DNA of 64,000 nt from Eubacteriales bacterium (GCA_045604705.1 JAZUOO010000066.1:1271-65270), one strand, 5' to 3'. Shown: positions 20,841 through 31,253, numbered from the stretch's first letter. The notes: generated from the sequence alone by a model not told the origin. Translations and numbers: made by a program.

Positions 20841-21445
20841 TTTGTCTCTCCTTTCTTATCCTCGGTCGCATTGCTGTTTTTATTCGCATCCGTACTCTCA
20901 GCCTTACCGTCTTTTTTAAGAACGCATCTGAAGATAATACCGACAATTGCCGAAATCGCAACCGATATAACGGGAGTAATATCAACGATGCTCATAAGTG
21001 CAAAAACACCAACTGCAATAAGTGCCGTTATTGCATCCACAATACCCTTCTTAAGGAGCTTGAATATAGATACCGAAACCAGAGCACAAACCGCAAGTCT
21101 TATACCCGCAAGTGCGTGCTGAACATAAACGTTATCGGAAAAATGCGTAAGACAAGCCGCAATAATCGAAATTATAATTATCGAAGGACAAACAACACCG
21201 AGTGTGGCAAAAATACCGCCGGGAATGCCTTTTTTCTTATATCCTATAAACGTTGCAACATTAACAGCAATAACTCCGGGCGTGCACTGACCTACCGCAT
21301 AGTAGTCCATGACCTCATCCTCGCTCGCCCACTTGTGTTTTTCAACGACCTCTCTCTGAATAAGCGGAAGCATCGCATAGCCGCCCCCGAAAGTGAAAAG
21401 CCCTATGCGGAAAAACGTTGTAAAAAGACTCAGTAATGCTTTCAT
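20837..21445 (-). CDS. Chromate transporter family protein (half-size ChrA, N-terminal-type)
   Basis: FFRIGLFTFGGGYAMLPLIQREVVEKHKW, the classic CHR-family motif. Confidence 0.85.
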   Translation of the reverse strand: MKALLSLFTTFFRIGLFTFGGGYAMLPLIQREVVEKHKWASEDEVMDYYAVGQCTPGVIAVNVATFIGYKKKGIPGGIFATLGVVCPSIIIISIIAACLTHFSDNVYVQHALAGIRLAVCALVSVSIFKLLKKGIVDAITALIAVGVFALMSIVDITPVISVAISAIVGIIFRCVLKKDGKAESTDANKNSNATEDKKGETK

Positions 21446-21470
21446 ACGGGAAAATATCCTTTCGTAAAAA

Positions 21471-21980
21471 TCAAAGTACCTCTGTGATTATCTCTTTTGC
21501 AAGAGCTTTATTTGAGTAACGCTTATCGCCCGTGACCTCTTTTATAACGGTAATATAGGATGGTATCTCATACTGCTCGTCCTCGGCTTCAAGTTCTATT
21601 TCAAGTACAGCTCTGTCACACCAGAACGGATAAACGTCAATTTCAAGTATATGCCCGCCGTGGGGAATGGCAAATCTTGTCTTGACTATTTCAGCCCGCT
21701 GCGTATCACGGCAAAAAAGAAGCTCATTGTATGTTTCCTCGGAAATTATTTTTTCATCCTCAAAGTGTGACATCTCCGAGATTCTCTTCTTAATATTCCT
21801 TATATACACTGTTTCACCGTTCTCCACGGACTTTCTGACTCTCATGCTTCCGTTGCCGCACAACAGATAAGTCTGGGCTATACTTATCTCACGGCACATA
21901 TCAAGACTTTTAAGAAAGCTTATGTCAGGATACCTGATCAGAAATTTTCGTTCCGTTTCGGTGATTTGTTTATCTTTCAT
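21471..21980 (-). CDS. CYTH-domain protein (triphosphate tunnel metalloenzyme / CyaB-like)
   Basis: From ATG 21980 (GGAG RBS): MKDKQITETERKFLI carries the ExExK motif. Later acidic strands (LEIDVY, LEIELEAE). Confidence 0.75.
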   Translation of the reverse strand: MKDKQITETERKFLIRYPDISFLKSLDMCREISIAQTYLLCGNGSMRVRKSVENGETVYIRNIKKRISEMSHFEDEKIISEETYNELLFCRDTQRAEIVKTRFAIPHGGHILEIDVYPFWCDRAVLEIELEAEDEQYEIPSYITVIKEVTGDKRYSNKALAKEIITEVL

Positions 21981-22311
21981 TACTGCTCCTTTTTTGAGGA
22001 TTGTTGTTAACTTAATTATTATAGCATATACAGGTGGAAAAATCAAGTACTTTTTGGAGCTTTACGGTGTATCATCGGAAATGTTGGAGTATTTTTCAAC
22101 ATAGCAAAAGTGAGAAAACTGTATTTATGAGAAACATTCTTAAAATTTACATATAAAATGGAAATACCCCTTGAAAGCACATACGAAATATGGTAAAATA
22201 CCATTGGGTATTCATAACGACAAAGCGATCCTTGCAGAAATAAACAAAGTCGAAAATGTGCTCACAACCAAAAAGATATAACACGCAAAACACTCGAAAG
22301 GCGGTGAACCG

Positions 22312-23379
22312 ATGGACAACGGTAATCCCATAATATACGATGGCGATTTTCAGAATAGACTCCTTAAAAGGATACGTCTTCGCGAGATAAGAAAATCTGT
22401 TCTTTACGTACTTACCTTAATTCTTATTTCATATCTGTCATCTTATGGCGTATATTTTGCAGGGATTTTTCTTCAAATGCTTATTCCCTCACTTTCAACT
22501 CCAATTGCCATTCAATTTCTCGATATGACGGCATATATTGCCCAGCTTTTTATACCGATTCTTATATATATGCTCATCTTCCGAAAAAAGCCGGGGCAGA
22601 TATACAATCTCCGAAGCCATAACGGGGATGAAGAATGTACCTGCGAAGAAATAACTCCGTTTAGCATACTCTCCTATTTTGCCCTCGCATTCTCACTGTC
22701 GCAGGTTATGTCCATCCTCAGCAATATCTTCTCGGCTGTAATCTCATCGGCAGCCTCGATGTTTTTTGAAGGCTTTATGCTTGATCCTCAGGCATTTTAC
22801 ACACCGATACCCGGAACACCGTTTGAATTTGCACTGAGCATAATCTCGGTTGCACTCCTTCCCGCACTTCTTGAAGAATTTCTTTTCCGCGGTATATTCC
22901 TGTGCGAATTTCTGAAGTACGGCAAAACCTTCGCCATAGTCATAAGTGCATTCTTCTTCGCCTCCGTTCACGGCAGCATAGAGCAAATGATGTACAGCTT
23001 TGTCTACGGTATTATATTCGGCTATATCGCCATTAAAACAGGATCACTCACTACAGGTATCATCATACACTTTATCAACAACGCCTACAGCTGTATAGTA
23101 GACTACCTATCGGGAATATACGATACAAATATTTTCCGCGATATAATAACGGTAATAAACTTCTCTCTCATCTTTATCGGACTTGTCATCGCCGTGTGTA
23201 AGCTGCTTTTAAACAATATCGGCTATCACGAGAGAACCGACAGCGAAAAACAGCCCTGTGAACTTACCGGCAGGGAAACCTTTTCCGTATTCAGATCTCC
23301 CATAATGCTCCTTTATTATGCATGGATAATATTTGAAACACTATACATTTATATATCATACAATCTGACATCATTATGA
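22312..23379 (+). CDS. CPBP family intramembrane glutamic endopeptidase (CAAX protease-like)
   Basis: Polytopic. Motifs LLEEFLFRG, FFFASVHG and HFINNA. Confidence 0.8.
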   Translation: MDNGNPIIYDGDFQNRLLKRIRLREIRKSVLYVLTLILISYLSSYGVYFAGIFLQMLIPSLSTPIAIQFLDMTAYIAQLFIPILIYMLIFRKKPGQIYNLRSHNGDEECTCEEITPFSILSYFALAFSLSQVMSILSNIFSAVISSAASMFFEGFMLDPQAFYTPIPGTPFEFALSIISVALLPALLEEFLFRGIFLCEFLKYGKTFAIVISAFFFASVHGSIEQMMYSFVYGIIFGYIAIKTGSLTTGIIIHFINNAYSCIVDYLSGIYDTNIFRDIITVINFSLIFIGLVIAVCKLLLNNIGYHERTDSEKQPCELTGRETFSVFRSPIMLLYYAWIIFETLYIYISYNLTSL

Positions 23380-23876
23380 AAAAAGACATTATACCGATAA
23401 AAGAAAAATCCAAAAGCTACTATATGAGGGCGGCACTGAGATATGCAAAGAAAGCTGCAGAGGACGGAGAAGTCCCGGTAGGAGCAGTGGTCGTATACGC
23501 AGGTCACATAATCGCCGGCGGCAGAAACAGACGTGAAAAAGGCAAAAATGCCCTGTACCATGCAGAGCTTGAAGCCATAAACAAAGCCTGTAAAAAGCTC
23601 GGTGGCTGGCGTCTTTTCGACTGCGATATATACGTTACTCTCGAGCCTTGTCCAATGTGCTCCGGTGCACTTATAAACTCCAGAATGAGGCGGGTGTATA
23701 TTGGAGCAAAGGATGAAAAAGCAGGCTGTTTTGGAAGTGTTGCCGACATGAACACGCTTCCTTTTAACCACAAACCGATAATAGAATTCGGCGTATGCGA
23801 AAAAGAGTGTTCCCAAATACTCAAGGACTTTTTTACTGCACTTCGCCAAAAGAAAAAGACAAATAACAGCCGATAA
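23376..23876 (+). CDS. tadA: tRNA adenosine(34) deaminase
   Basis: HAELEAI and LEPCPMCSGAL zinc-binding deaminase motifs, 166 aa. The start overlaps the CPBP stop (ATGA). Confidence 0.9.
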   Translation: MKKDIIPIKEKSKSYYMRAALRYAKKAAEDGEVPVGAVVVYAGHIIAGGRNRREKGKNALYHAELEAINKACKKLGGWRLFDCDIYVTLEPCPMCSGALINSRMRRVYIGAKDEKAGCFGSVADMNTLPFNHKPIIEFGVCEKECSQILKDFFTALRQKKKTNNSR

Positions 23877-23987
23877 CCCGTAAGCATAAAGAATTTGACA
23901 AAAAAACCACAAAATGTTATATCTATTTTAACAACAAGGTAGTATAATAACCCTTAACGTTAAACAACAACAAAAAGAGGTACCTAC

Positions 23988-24995
23988 ATGAAAATGCTTA
24001 AATCCGTAATAATAGGCTGCGGAGCTATTTCCCATACTCACATAAGCTCCATAAATGAAAATAACCTCGGTAAGATTCTTGCTGTCTGCGATATAGACCC
24101 GGAAAGAGCCAAAGCCGCAAGAGCCGAAGCCGGCTGTGAAAAGTATTACACTGACTATAAGCAAATGTTGACGGAATGTCCCGATGCCGATGTCGTACAT
24201 ATCTGCACACCCCATTATCTTCATGCTGAAATGGCGATATTTGCTCTTGAACACGGTTTTGACGTATATCTTGAAAAGCCGTGTGCAATGACTTCAAATG
24301 ACGCAAAGAAGATAGTTGCGGTATGTGAAAAAACAGGCAAAAAAGTTTGCGTATCTTTCCAGAATAGACTTGTAAAAACTACTGTCGCAGCAAAGCGAAT
24401 ACTAAACGAGGGAAGGTTTGGAAAGCTCCTGGGAATGAAAGGTATCGTCACATGGGAAAGAAGCGGCAAATACTATACAGAAAGCAAATGGCGCGGAAAA
24501 TGGGCAACAGAGGGCGGCGGTGTTCTTATGAATCAGTCCATCCACACACTTGACCTGCTATATTATTTCGGCGGAAAAGTAAAATCTGTTGAAGGTAGTG
24601 TAGCACTTCGTAAAAACAAAGGAGTAATTGAGGTCGAGGACACCGCGGAAGCTACCATCCTTTTTGAAAATGGTATCAGTGCAATATTCTACGCCACCAA
24701 CTGTAATGTCATCACAACCCCCGCAGAGCTTGAATTGGTTTTTGAAAAGGGCAGACTTCTTATATCCAACGACATTCTCTACGAGGATACTGACGGATAC
24801 TTGCGTGAAACCACCGAAAATACGGGCATCTCCATCGGAAAAAGCGTATGGGGATCGGGACATATTGCAATGATAGGAAACTTTTACAAGGTGCTTTGTG
24901 CACAAGAGGCTGAGTATTGCGATATAAACGATGCGTATCAGGTTTTGGAAATAATAGAAAGAATATACGAAACCAGCACAAATAAGCTCAAATAA
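23988..24995 (+). CDS. Gfo/Idh/MocA family oxidoreductase
   Basis: N-terminal Rossmann GCGAIS, CTPHYLHAEMA, EKP motif; 335 aa. Confidence 0.85.
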   Translation: MKMLKSVIIGCGAISHTHISSINENNLGKILAVCDIDPERAKAARAEAGCEKYYTDYKQMLTECPDADVVHICTPHYLHAEMAIFALEHGFDVYLEKPCAMTSNDAKKIVAVCEKTGKKVCVSFQNRLVKTTVAAKRILNEGRFGKLLGMKGIVTWERSGKYYTESKWRGKWATEGGGVLMNQSIHTLDLLYYFGGKVKSVEGSVALRKNKGVIEVEDTAEATILFENGISAIFYATNCNVITTPAELELVFEKGRLLISNDILYEDTDGYLRETTENTGISIGKSVWGSGHIAMIGNFYKVLCAQEAEYCDINDAYQVLEIIERIYETSTNKLK

Positions 24996-25089
24996 AACAG
25001 AGAAAACAGATCTCCGGTAATATTTCTGAGAGTCTTACAATATAATGTGTTACAAGACTTGGAATAAATTTTTTACCGGAGGTATTTTT

Positions 25090-25599
25090 ATGTTTGTATG
25101 TTCTCTTAAGGTTCAAAGGCTTAAAGTTGTTGCCCTGTCACTGCTGTGCGCGGTGGTTCTCGGCGGTGCATTGACCTTTATAATCCACGGAAGAAGCCAA
25201 AGCGATGATCTTGCGGCAGCAGCAGTTGCCGGCAGAAACATCAGATTTGACGGAATAAAGACCGAGCAGGATTTGGAAAAGTTTATAAGTTCACTTGGGA
25301 TAGAAGTAAAGCTTCCCGCCTATAAAAGTACAAAGGTGGATCTCCCGAGGGTATTCGACGCAGTATACGTAAAATACAACGACATCCAGAAACAGCAGGG
25401 CTTCGACCTGACAAAATACTGCGGAAAGACCCTTGACCGTTATACATTTGAGATGACAAACTACCCTCTGCCCGAGGATGCCGCACAAGGGAAGGTATAT
25501 CTTACCATTTTCCGTTACAAGGACAAAATCGTGGGAGGTGATATATCCTCAAGAGATAACGGTGGCTTCGTTTCGACCTTCGTTGATTTCAAACCCTGA
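25090..25599 (+). CDS. Membrane-anchored DUF4830-like protein
   Basis: ATG 25090 after GGAGG. One TM segment, then VYVKYNDIQKQQGFDL ... YTFEMTNYP ... IVGGDIS, a pattern recalled for DUF4830. Confidence 0.6.
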   Translation: MFVCSLKVQRLKVVALSLLCAVVLGGALTFIIHGRSQSDDLAAAAVAGRNIRFDGIKTEQDLEKFISSLGIEVKLPAYKSTKVDLPRVFDAVYVKYNDIQKQQGFDLTKYCGKTLDRYTFEMTNYPLPEDAAQGKVYLTIFRYKDKIVGGDISSRDNGGFVSTFVDFKP

Positions 25600-25629
25600 T
25601 GTGAGAGAATATAAAAAAGAATAAAAACA

Positions 25630-25675
25630 GCCTTGGCAGTTTATTATATCACTTATGCCAAGGCAATTCTTTTTA
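25630..25675. terminator. Bidirectional intrinsic terminator between convergent genes
   Basis: GCCTTGGCA (25630-25638) pairs with TGCCAAGGC (25656-25664). A-run upstream, T-run downstream. Confidence 0.7.
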
Positions 25676-25682
25676 TTTATTG

Positions 25683-26495
25683 TTATTGTCTGTCGATATG
25701 AACGTCAAGCTGAGGATAGGGGATTTCAATATTGTTGTCCGCGAGAAGCTTCTGAAGACCGTAGTTAATCGCACCTGCCACAGTCCAGTAATCCTCTTTC
25801 TTAGCCCATACTCTTATAGTAAAGGTAATTGCACTGTCACCGTAAGCGACTACCACTGCAGGCTCGGGATCTTTTTCCACATTTGGAATATCCTTTGCAT
25901 ACTCAAGCAGAATTTCCTTTACTTTCAAAACATCACATTTGTACGAAACACCGATACTTACATCAACGCGGCGGTTTTCTTCCACCGAGTAATTTGTGAT
26001 GGAGGAATTTGATATTGTTGCATTGGGGATAATAACAGTCTTGTTGTCAGGAGTCTTAAGGTAAGTATAAAGAATGGTAATTTCCTTGACTGTACCCTCA
26101 AGTCCGTTAACGCTTATGTAGTCGCCGTCCTTGCAAGGCTTGAAGATAAGTATCATAATACCGCCCGCAAGATTGGAGAGGCTTCCCTGGAGTGCAAGAC
26201 CGACAGCAAGTCCGCATGAACCGATTATCGCAACAACGTTTGTCATGGGAACACCGAGGTAGTTTGCCGCAGTAAGTGCGATTATTATTTTAAGTGCTAT
26301 ATTAGCAAAGCTTAAAAGAAAATCAGTGGCACTTTTATCAATTTTCGCGGTTTTCTTGTTGTTTTTTATTGCTTTTGTTATCTTGCTTACGACCATGAAA
26401 CCTATTATGACGATAAGTACCGCACCGATAAGCCTTATACCTGTGGTCATTGCGAATTCTATGAGTCTGTTAGTTATGTTTTTAAGTATTTCCAT
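25683..26495 (-). CDS. mscS: Small-conductance mechanosensitive channel (MscS family)
   Basis: Three N-terminal TM segments. LSNLAGGIMILIFKP followed by a beta-domain (GDYISV ... GTVKEITILYT). Confidence 0.85.
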   Translation of the reverse strand: MEILKNITNRLIEFAMTTGIRLIGAVLIVIIGFMVVSKITKAIKNNKKTAKIDKSATDFLLSFANIALKIIIALTAANYLGVPMTNVVAIIGSCGLAVGLALQGSLSNLAGGIMILIFKPCKDGDYISVNGLEGTVKEITILYTYLKTPDNKTVIIPNATISNSSITNYSVEENRRVDVSIGVSYKCDVLKVKEILLEYAKDIPNVEKDPEPAVVVAYGDSAITFTIRVWAKKEDYWTVAGAINYGLQKLLADNNIEIPYPQLDVHIDRQ

Positions 26496-26531
26496 GCTAT
26501 TTTTCTCTTTTCTTAATTGATATATAACGGA

Positions 26532-29300
26532 TTATCGGTTAAAGTAAGATACCGCTGTAACGGGCAACAGCCAGAACAACTGGATAAGCAGACAGAATAT
26601 TATATTAAGCGAGCCGTTGTTTGCAAGAACAAATACTGTTGAAAGAGCGATACACATAATCGTGCTGATAATCCTTATCACATTGTTTATTTTTACATTT
26701 CTGCCGGTTTTCTCGCATATAATAAGCATTTCAAGGAAGCTGTGAACACTGCCCAGAGAAATAACTCCGGAATTGACCTTGTTTCGTACCGTGGGAATGT
26801 CATTGGAGCTGCTGCCCTTGATAACAGAAAGTGCGTAGTTTGTTCTTTCAAGACAGCCAAATACAAGATCGTTTGTAATGCAAGGGTCAAGAGTCTTTAT
26901 ACCGATGCAGAGATTTGCATCGTGAAGCTCTCTGAGAGTCTTTTCAAATATCGGGTTCATGGAATACTTGATATAGAACTTGGAAAGTATTCTTCCGGAG
27001 CAGACCATAAACAGAATACTTCCGTGAGACTGTTCAAATGCCGCATCAACGCTGTCGCTGATTATTCTTATGCCGTTTGCACCGAGATAGGAAGCCGTCG
27101 CAAGACAGATGTCCCTTCCGTCAACATTGACCTCTATTGCATCCGGATAAACCTTAACAAGTCTAACTTCCGAGTGAACATTTTTCACATCAACCATCTT
27201 TGAGAATATCTTTGAAAGCGGTCCGCCGATTTTGTTGTATATAGAGGACATTGTAATCACCGCTTCGTCAAGAGCCATACCTCCGTAGGTTTTGATGCTG
27301 GAGATTCTGACATCTTTAGGTAGGAACACTTCCGTATCTTCAAAAGCAACAACGGAAAGTCCCTTATATTCTTCACTGGCGTTCTGACCTATGAGAGTAG
27401 CGCCGATCTTCTTACCTTTTTTGATGGCAAGATATTTTGGAAGTGCGGAAACAAAGAAGATATTAAGCGGTATGGAGCTTGTTATAACGATGGAAGCACC
27501 TGTGATACCGTCATAAATGCGTTCCTTGATGTTTCCGTCCGAAAACAGGGCAACAAATACAGCTACAAGGACAGAGATTATTGTGATGACAGCAACAAGC
27601 CTTCCGAGCTTCTTTTCTCCTATGGGTCTCTTTTCGTTTCTGCCCACAAAGCCCTCATATACTGAGCCTTTGTTTACGGAAATGACCTTTGCTTTTTCAA
27701 GATCTATATGAGATGCAAAAGGACTGCATTCGAGAGAATCTACGCCAAGCTCATATGCACCGTATTTGTTGGCGGTGGAGGAGGCGATGTTGAAGGACTT
27801 GTTGTCGGCGCTTGCACGAAGACTTTCGTAAAGTGCAAGCATAAAGAGTGACAGGCATCCGATACAGCAGAACAGCTCAATTTTTACACTTGAAGCAAAC
27901 ACTGCTGAAACAACAGCCTGGACTGTACAGGTGATAAATACCGTAAGTGCACATGAAGCGGGGGAGAACTTTTTGTCAAGCAGCGAGTAGAAGCCGCCGA
28001 TAAGACTGTCAATGACACAGATTGCACCAAAGCACATAATCTGAAGATCCATAAGTGCAAATATCAAGGGATTAGCCTTTACACTGACGATCTCCGGAAT
28101 CGGAAGCACGCCGAGCATTGAAAGCTCAAAATAAAGACTCACAAGGAAGAAGAATGTTGCACCGAAAAGTGAGATCATGGAGTGACGACGTTTGAGGGAA
28201 AAGTATCTTTTTGCCAATCCTACCGCGTCAGGATCTGCCATATTTATTTCTTCGTATGCACCAAGTGCCTTTGCTATCTTTTTGTGCTCGGATCTCTTTT
28301 TCTCGGACTTTTTCTTATCCTCTTCATCTTCATCCGGAATATCAACGCCGAACAGCTTTCCGAGCGAACTGTTTACATTACTTTCCTGCTGCTGTGCCGC
28401 CATTTCGACATTGTGAACATATTCACCCTCGGGCTGTGTGCCTTCAAACATTTCAAAATCGGGAGCACCGCCTGAAACGGGTTCGTTTACGATATTCTCA
28501 GGCACCTGTCCGTCGGGGTAGCCTTGTCCGAACTCAGGCTGTTCCACAAATTCCTGCGAATCCTGATAATTCTGCTGTTGGTAACCCTCAACAGTTACAT
28601 CCTCCTGATTCTTTGCGGAAGAAGTGAATATCTTTGTATCGTCTTCCTCGTAAAACTCATCAAGACCGGATACTTCATTGGCTTCACCATTGGGATCGGC
28701 ATTTTCGGCAATTATAATTTCCTCATATTCCTGTTCTTTAACCTCATCATCAGCGTGGAGCATATCCTCGTGAGGGTTATCGTCGAAAATATCATCGTCA
28801 GTACTTAGTTTTTCAAGCGGCTCAGAAACAAGCTCATCCCTGCTCTCACCGAAAACAGCAGGCTCTGTCTGGGCATCCTCCCGTGGCATAACCGATAAAT
28901 CCGGCACTATGTCCTGCTGTGCCTCCTGCATCGGCTGTTCTTCAAAGACTGCGGTTGCTTGTGCAATGGACTCTTCCTGTATAGCCGCATTTTCCGGCAT
29001 TATCTCATTCTGCATGAATGCGTTCTCCGGAACCGCACTGTTTGCGGTACTTACATTGTAATCGGTGTTCTGTGCAGGCTGCTCCTTTGCGGTAACACCG
29101 TTGTTCATTATATTGTCAAGCCAGGCAAGATCCTCCGCCTCGCGTTCAAACATCTCGTCAAGCTTCTTCATTGCATCGCCGAGCTTCCCTGTTCTTTGAT
29201 TACTGTTTTTTGAAGGTACGTCACCGTACTGATCTATTATATTGTCAAGGGATATTGCATTCTTGTTGTCATTCGAGGATACATTTCTGTCGTTCTGCAT
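26532..29300 (-). CDS. Large membrane protein: acidic low-complexity N-terminal ~350 aa plus a degenerate P1B-type ATPase-like core without catalytic motifs
   Basis: 922-aa ORF with RBS GGAAAGGAAA. TM clusters and soluble-domain order resemble heavy-metal P-type ATPases, but EDTEVF stands where DKTGT is expected, SIP where CPC is, TLDP where TGD is, and there is no TGES or GDGxND. Confidence 0.7.
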   Translation of the reverse strand: MQNDRNVSSNDNKNAISLDNIIDQYGDVPSKNSNQRTGKLGDAMKKLDEMFEREAEDLAWLDNIMNNGVTAKEQPAQNTDYNVSTANSAVPENAFMQNEIMPENAAIQEESIAQATAVFEEQPMQEAQQDIVPDLSVMPREDAQTEPAVFGESRDELVSEPLEKLSTDDDIFDDNPHEDMLHADDEVKEQEYEEIIIAENADPNGEANEVSGLDEFYEEDDTKIFTSSAKNQEDVTVEGYQQQNYQDSQEFVEQPEFGQGYPDGQVPENIVNEPVSGGAPDFEMFEGTQPEGEYVHNVEMAAQQQESNVNSSLGKLFGVDIPDEDEEDKKKSEKKRSEHKKIAKALGAYEEINMADPDAVGLAKRYFSLKRRHSMISLFGATFFFLVSLYFELSMLGVLPIPEIVSVKANPLIFALMDLQIMCFGAICVIDSLIGGFYSLLDKKFSPASCALTVFITCTVQAVVSAVFASSVKIELFCCIGCLSLFMLALYESLRASADNKSFNIASSTANKYGAYELGVDSLECSPFASHIDLEKAKVISVNKGSVYEGFVGRNEKRPIGEKKLGRLVAVITIISVLVAVFVALFSDGNIKERIYDGITGASIVITSSIPLNIFFVSALPKYLAIKKGKKIGATLIGQNASEEYKGLSVVAFEDTEVFLPKDVRISSIKTYGGMALDEAVITMSSIYNKIGGPLSKIFSKMVDVKNVHSEVRLVKVYPDAIEVNVDGRDICLATASYLGANGIRIISDSVDAAFEQSHGSILFMVCSGRILSKFYIKYSMNPIFEKTLRELHDANLCIGIKTLDPCITNDLVFGCLERTNYALSVIKGSSSNDIPTVRNKVNSGVISLGSVHSFLEMLIICEKTGRNVKINNVIRIISTIMCIALSTVFVLANNGSLNIIFCLLIQLFWLLPVTAVSYFNR

Positions 29301-29324
29301 AACAATTATTTCCTTTCCCGTTGA

Positions 29325-30257
29325 TTATATTTTCTTTTTATCTCTTTGTTTTATCGCCTCATAAAGCAAGACCGCCGCCGCCGTGGATACGTTCAGTGAA
29401 TTTACCTTACCCTTCATGGGAATGGACACAATAAAATCCGAATTTTTCTTAACAATATCCGAAACGCCGTTTTCCTCGCTTCCGAGGACAATCGCACATG
29501 GACAATCATAATCCGCATCCGTATAGCTCGTGCCGTCAGCCTCTGCCGCAAATATCCAGAAGCCGAGATCTTTCAGCTTTCTAATCGTGTCACTTATGTT
29601 GGAGCACTTAACCGCTGCCAGATGCTCCGTTGCACCTGCCGAAGCTTTTACCACTGCGGGAGTTATGCCCGCTGCCCGTCTTTTCGGGAGAATGATACCG
29701 TGAGCACCCGCACCCTCGGCACATCTTATAATAGCACCGAGATTATGAGGATCGGATATTCCGTCGCAGATAACTATAAGAGGCTTTTCGCCACGTTCTT
29801 CGGCAATCGCAATAACATCTTCGAGCGACACATATTCCATCTCGGACGCTATAGCAACAATCCCCTGATGCTGTTCATATCCGCAAAGTGCATCAAGCTT
29901 CTTTTTATCCGTTTCAATAACCGGAATTCCCCGTTCAATCGCCTGTGCCACAAGAACGGTTATCGAACCTTCTCTGTCGCCTTCTCTTACAAATATCTTT
30001 TCTATATCTCTGCCTGATTTCAGAAGCTCTCTCACAGCATTTCTTCCGGGCACGGAACCGTTTGAAAGCTCCTCGTTATGTTCATCAGAAGCACCGTGAT
30101 GATTTCTGTAATGCTTCCCTGAATCAGAGTATCCGTGATTCTTTTTACGATACCCGTCTTTCCCGAAATCCTTTTTGTATTCCTTTTTCCCGAAGGAGTT
30201 TTTGTCTTTATGCTTATATTTTTCGTTCAAGACTGTTACCATTCCTTTCGTCTGCAT
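29325..30257 (-). CDS. rlmB: 23S rRNA (guanosine-2'-O)-methyltransferase RlmB (SpoU/TrmH family) with basic N-terminal extension
   Basis: GRNAVRELLKSG substrate-binding domain. SpoU motifs DGISDPHNLGAIIRCAEGAG, VLGSEENGVS and SLNVSTAAAVLLYE. Exact start uncertain (30257 or 30242). Confidence 0.85.
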   Translation of the reverse strand: MQTKGMVTVLNEKYKHKDKNSFGKKEYKKDFGKDGYRKKNHGYSDSGKHYRNHHGASDEHNEELSNGSVPGRNAVRELLKSGRDIEKIFVREGDREGSITVLVAQAIERGIPVIETDKKKLDALCGYEQHQGIVAIASEMEYVSLEDVIAIAEERGEKPLIVICDGISDPHNLGAIIRCAEGAGAHGIILPKRRAAGITPAVVKASAGATEHLAAVKCSNISDTIRKLKDLGFWIFAAEADGTSYTDADYDCPCAIVLGSEENGVSDIVKKNSDFIVSIPMKGKVNSLNVSTAAAVLLYEAIKQRDKKKI

Positions 30258-30572
30258 ATGTCACAGGGGCATAATCCCCGAAAATAATAATACACACTAT
30301 CATTATAACATACTTTTTTTGTTTTGTATATAACAATATATGCATTATTTACAATAATTTACAATTATTGCAAACTTTTGGCATAATCTTGGCAGGAAAT
30401 CACTTCCCAATTAAGCATCCTGCAATCAAAACAATCACCAACGCACAAAACAAAAAGAAAAAGGGAGCCTCAAAAGCCCCCGAAAAATATAAATCAATCT
30501 GTGTCAAAGTGTTAAACCTCAAGTTCCATTCCGTCGAAAGCCGCAATAACTCCGAGCTTCCGAGCTTCCGTT

Positions 30573-31253
30573 TCAAGTTCCGTTCTTCCGCTTCCGCTGT
30601 TCCGTAGTAAGTTTTTCTGATGATTTTCTCTCTTTTTTGTTTTTATTTGACGACGGATTCCTGTGCCCGCCGGATTTACTCTTTTTCTTTGTCGAAAAAC
30701 CGAAATACCCGATTTTCTTGCCCAGCTCAAAGTATTCTCCGTGTGCAAAAGCCATAAGACCTGCCTTGTCAAGTCTCAGCTTCCCGTCTCTGTCTATTAT
30801 TTCATCACTGACATTGGTGCAAAGAATATCCGCAACAAACATATCGTGAGTTCCGATTTCAACAATGTCCGTCACCCGACACTCAAGACAAAGCGGACAT
30901 TCTCCGATACAATGTGCACCAACCTCGCAGGACACTTCCTTTGTAAAACCGCACTTGTCAAACTTATTAACCTTTTTGCCGGTATATATCCCGCAGTAAT
31001 CTACACTTTTTGAAATCATTGCCGTCGGAATATTAATGACAAACTCGCCGCTGTTTTTAATAATATCATAAGAATATCTGCTTTTTCTCACGGAAATATA
31101 CGTTTTCGGCGGTATCGTATTGATAATCCCTGTCCACGCAACGGTAAAAATATTTTCAGCTTCCATGCCGTCCCTGTCAATACCTTTGCAGGAAACAAGA
31201 ACTGCCGGCAGAGGAGCAAGCAGTGCCCCGCCTTTCCAAGTCTGTTTAGCCAT
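30573..31253 (-). CDS. Flavin reductase-like (flavoredoxin) protein with Lys-rich C-terminal tail
   Basis: MAKQTWKGGALLAPLPAVLVSC ... FTVAWTG matches the flavin reductase-like FMN-binding fold. RBS GAAAGGAAAG. Confidence 0.8.
   Translation of the reverse strand: MAKQTWKGGALLAPLPAVLVSCKGIDRDGMEAENIFTVAWTGIINTIPPKTYISVRKSRYSYDIIKNSGEFVINIPTAMISKSVDYCGIYTGKKVNKFDKCGFTKEVSCEVGAHCIGECPLCLECRVTDIVEIGTHDMFVADILCTNVSDEIIDRDGKLRLDKAGLMAFAHGEYFELGKKIGYFGFSTKKKSKSGGHRNPSSNKNKKERKSSEKLTTEQRKRKNGT

Noticed and set aside
20211-21445. Two half-size chrA genes, considered as a possible disrupted pseudogene
   Set aside because: Each half has its own start and overlaps the other by 4 nt. Paired short-chain CHR proteins are a well-known functional arrangement.
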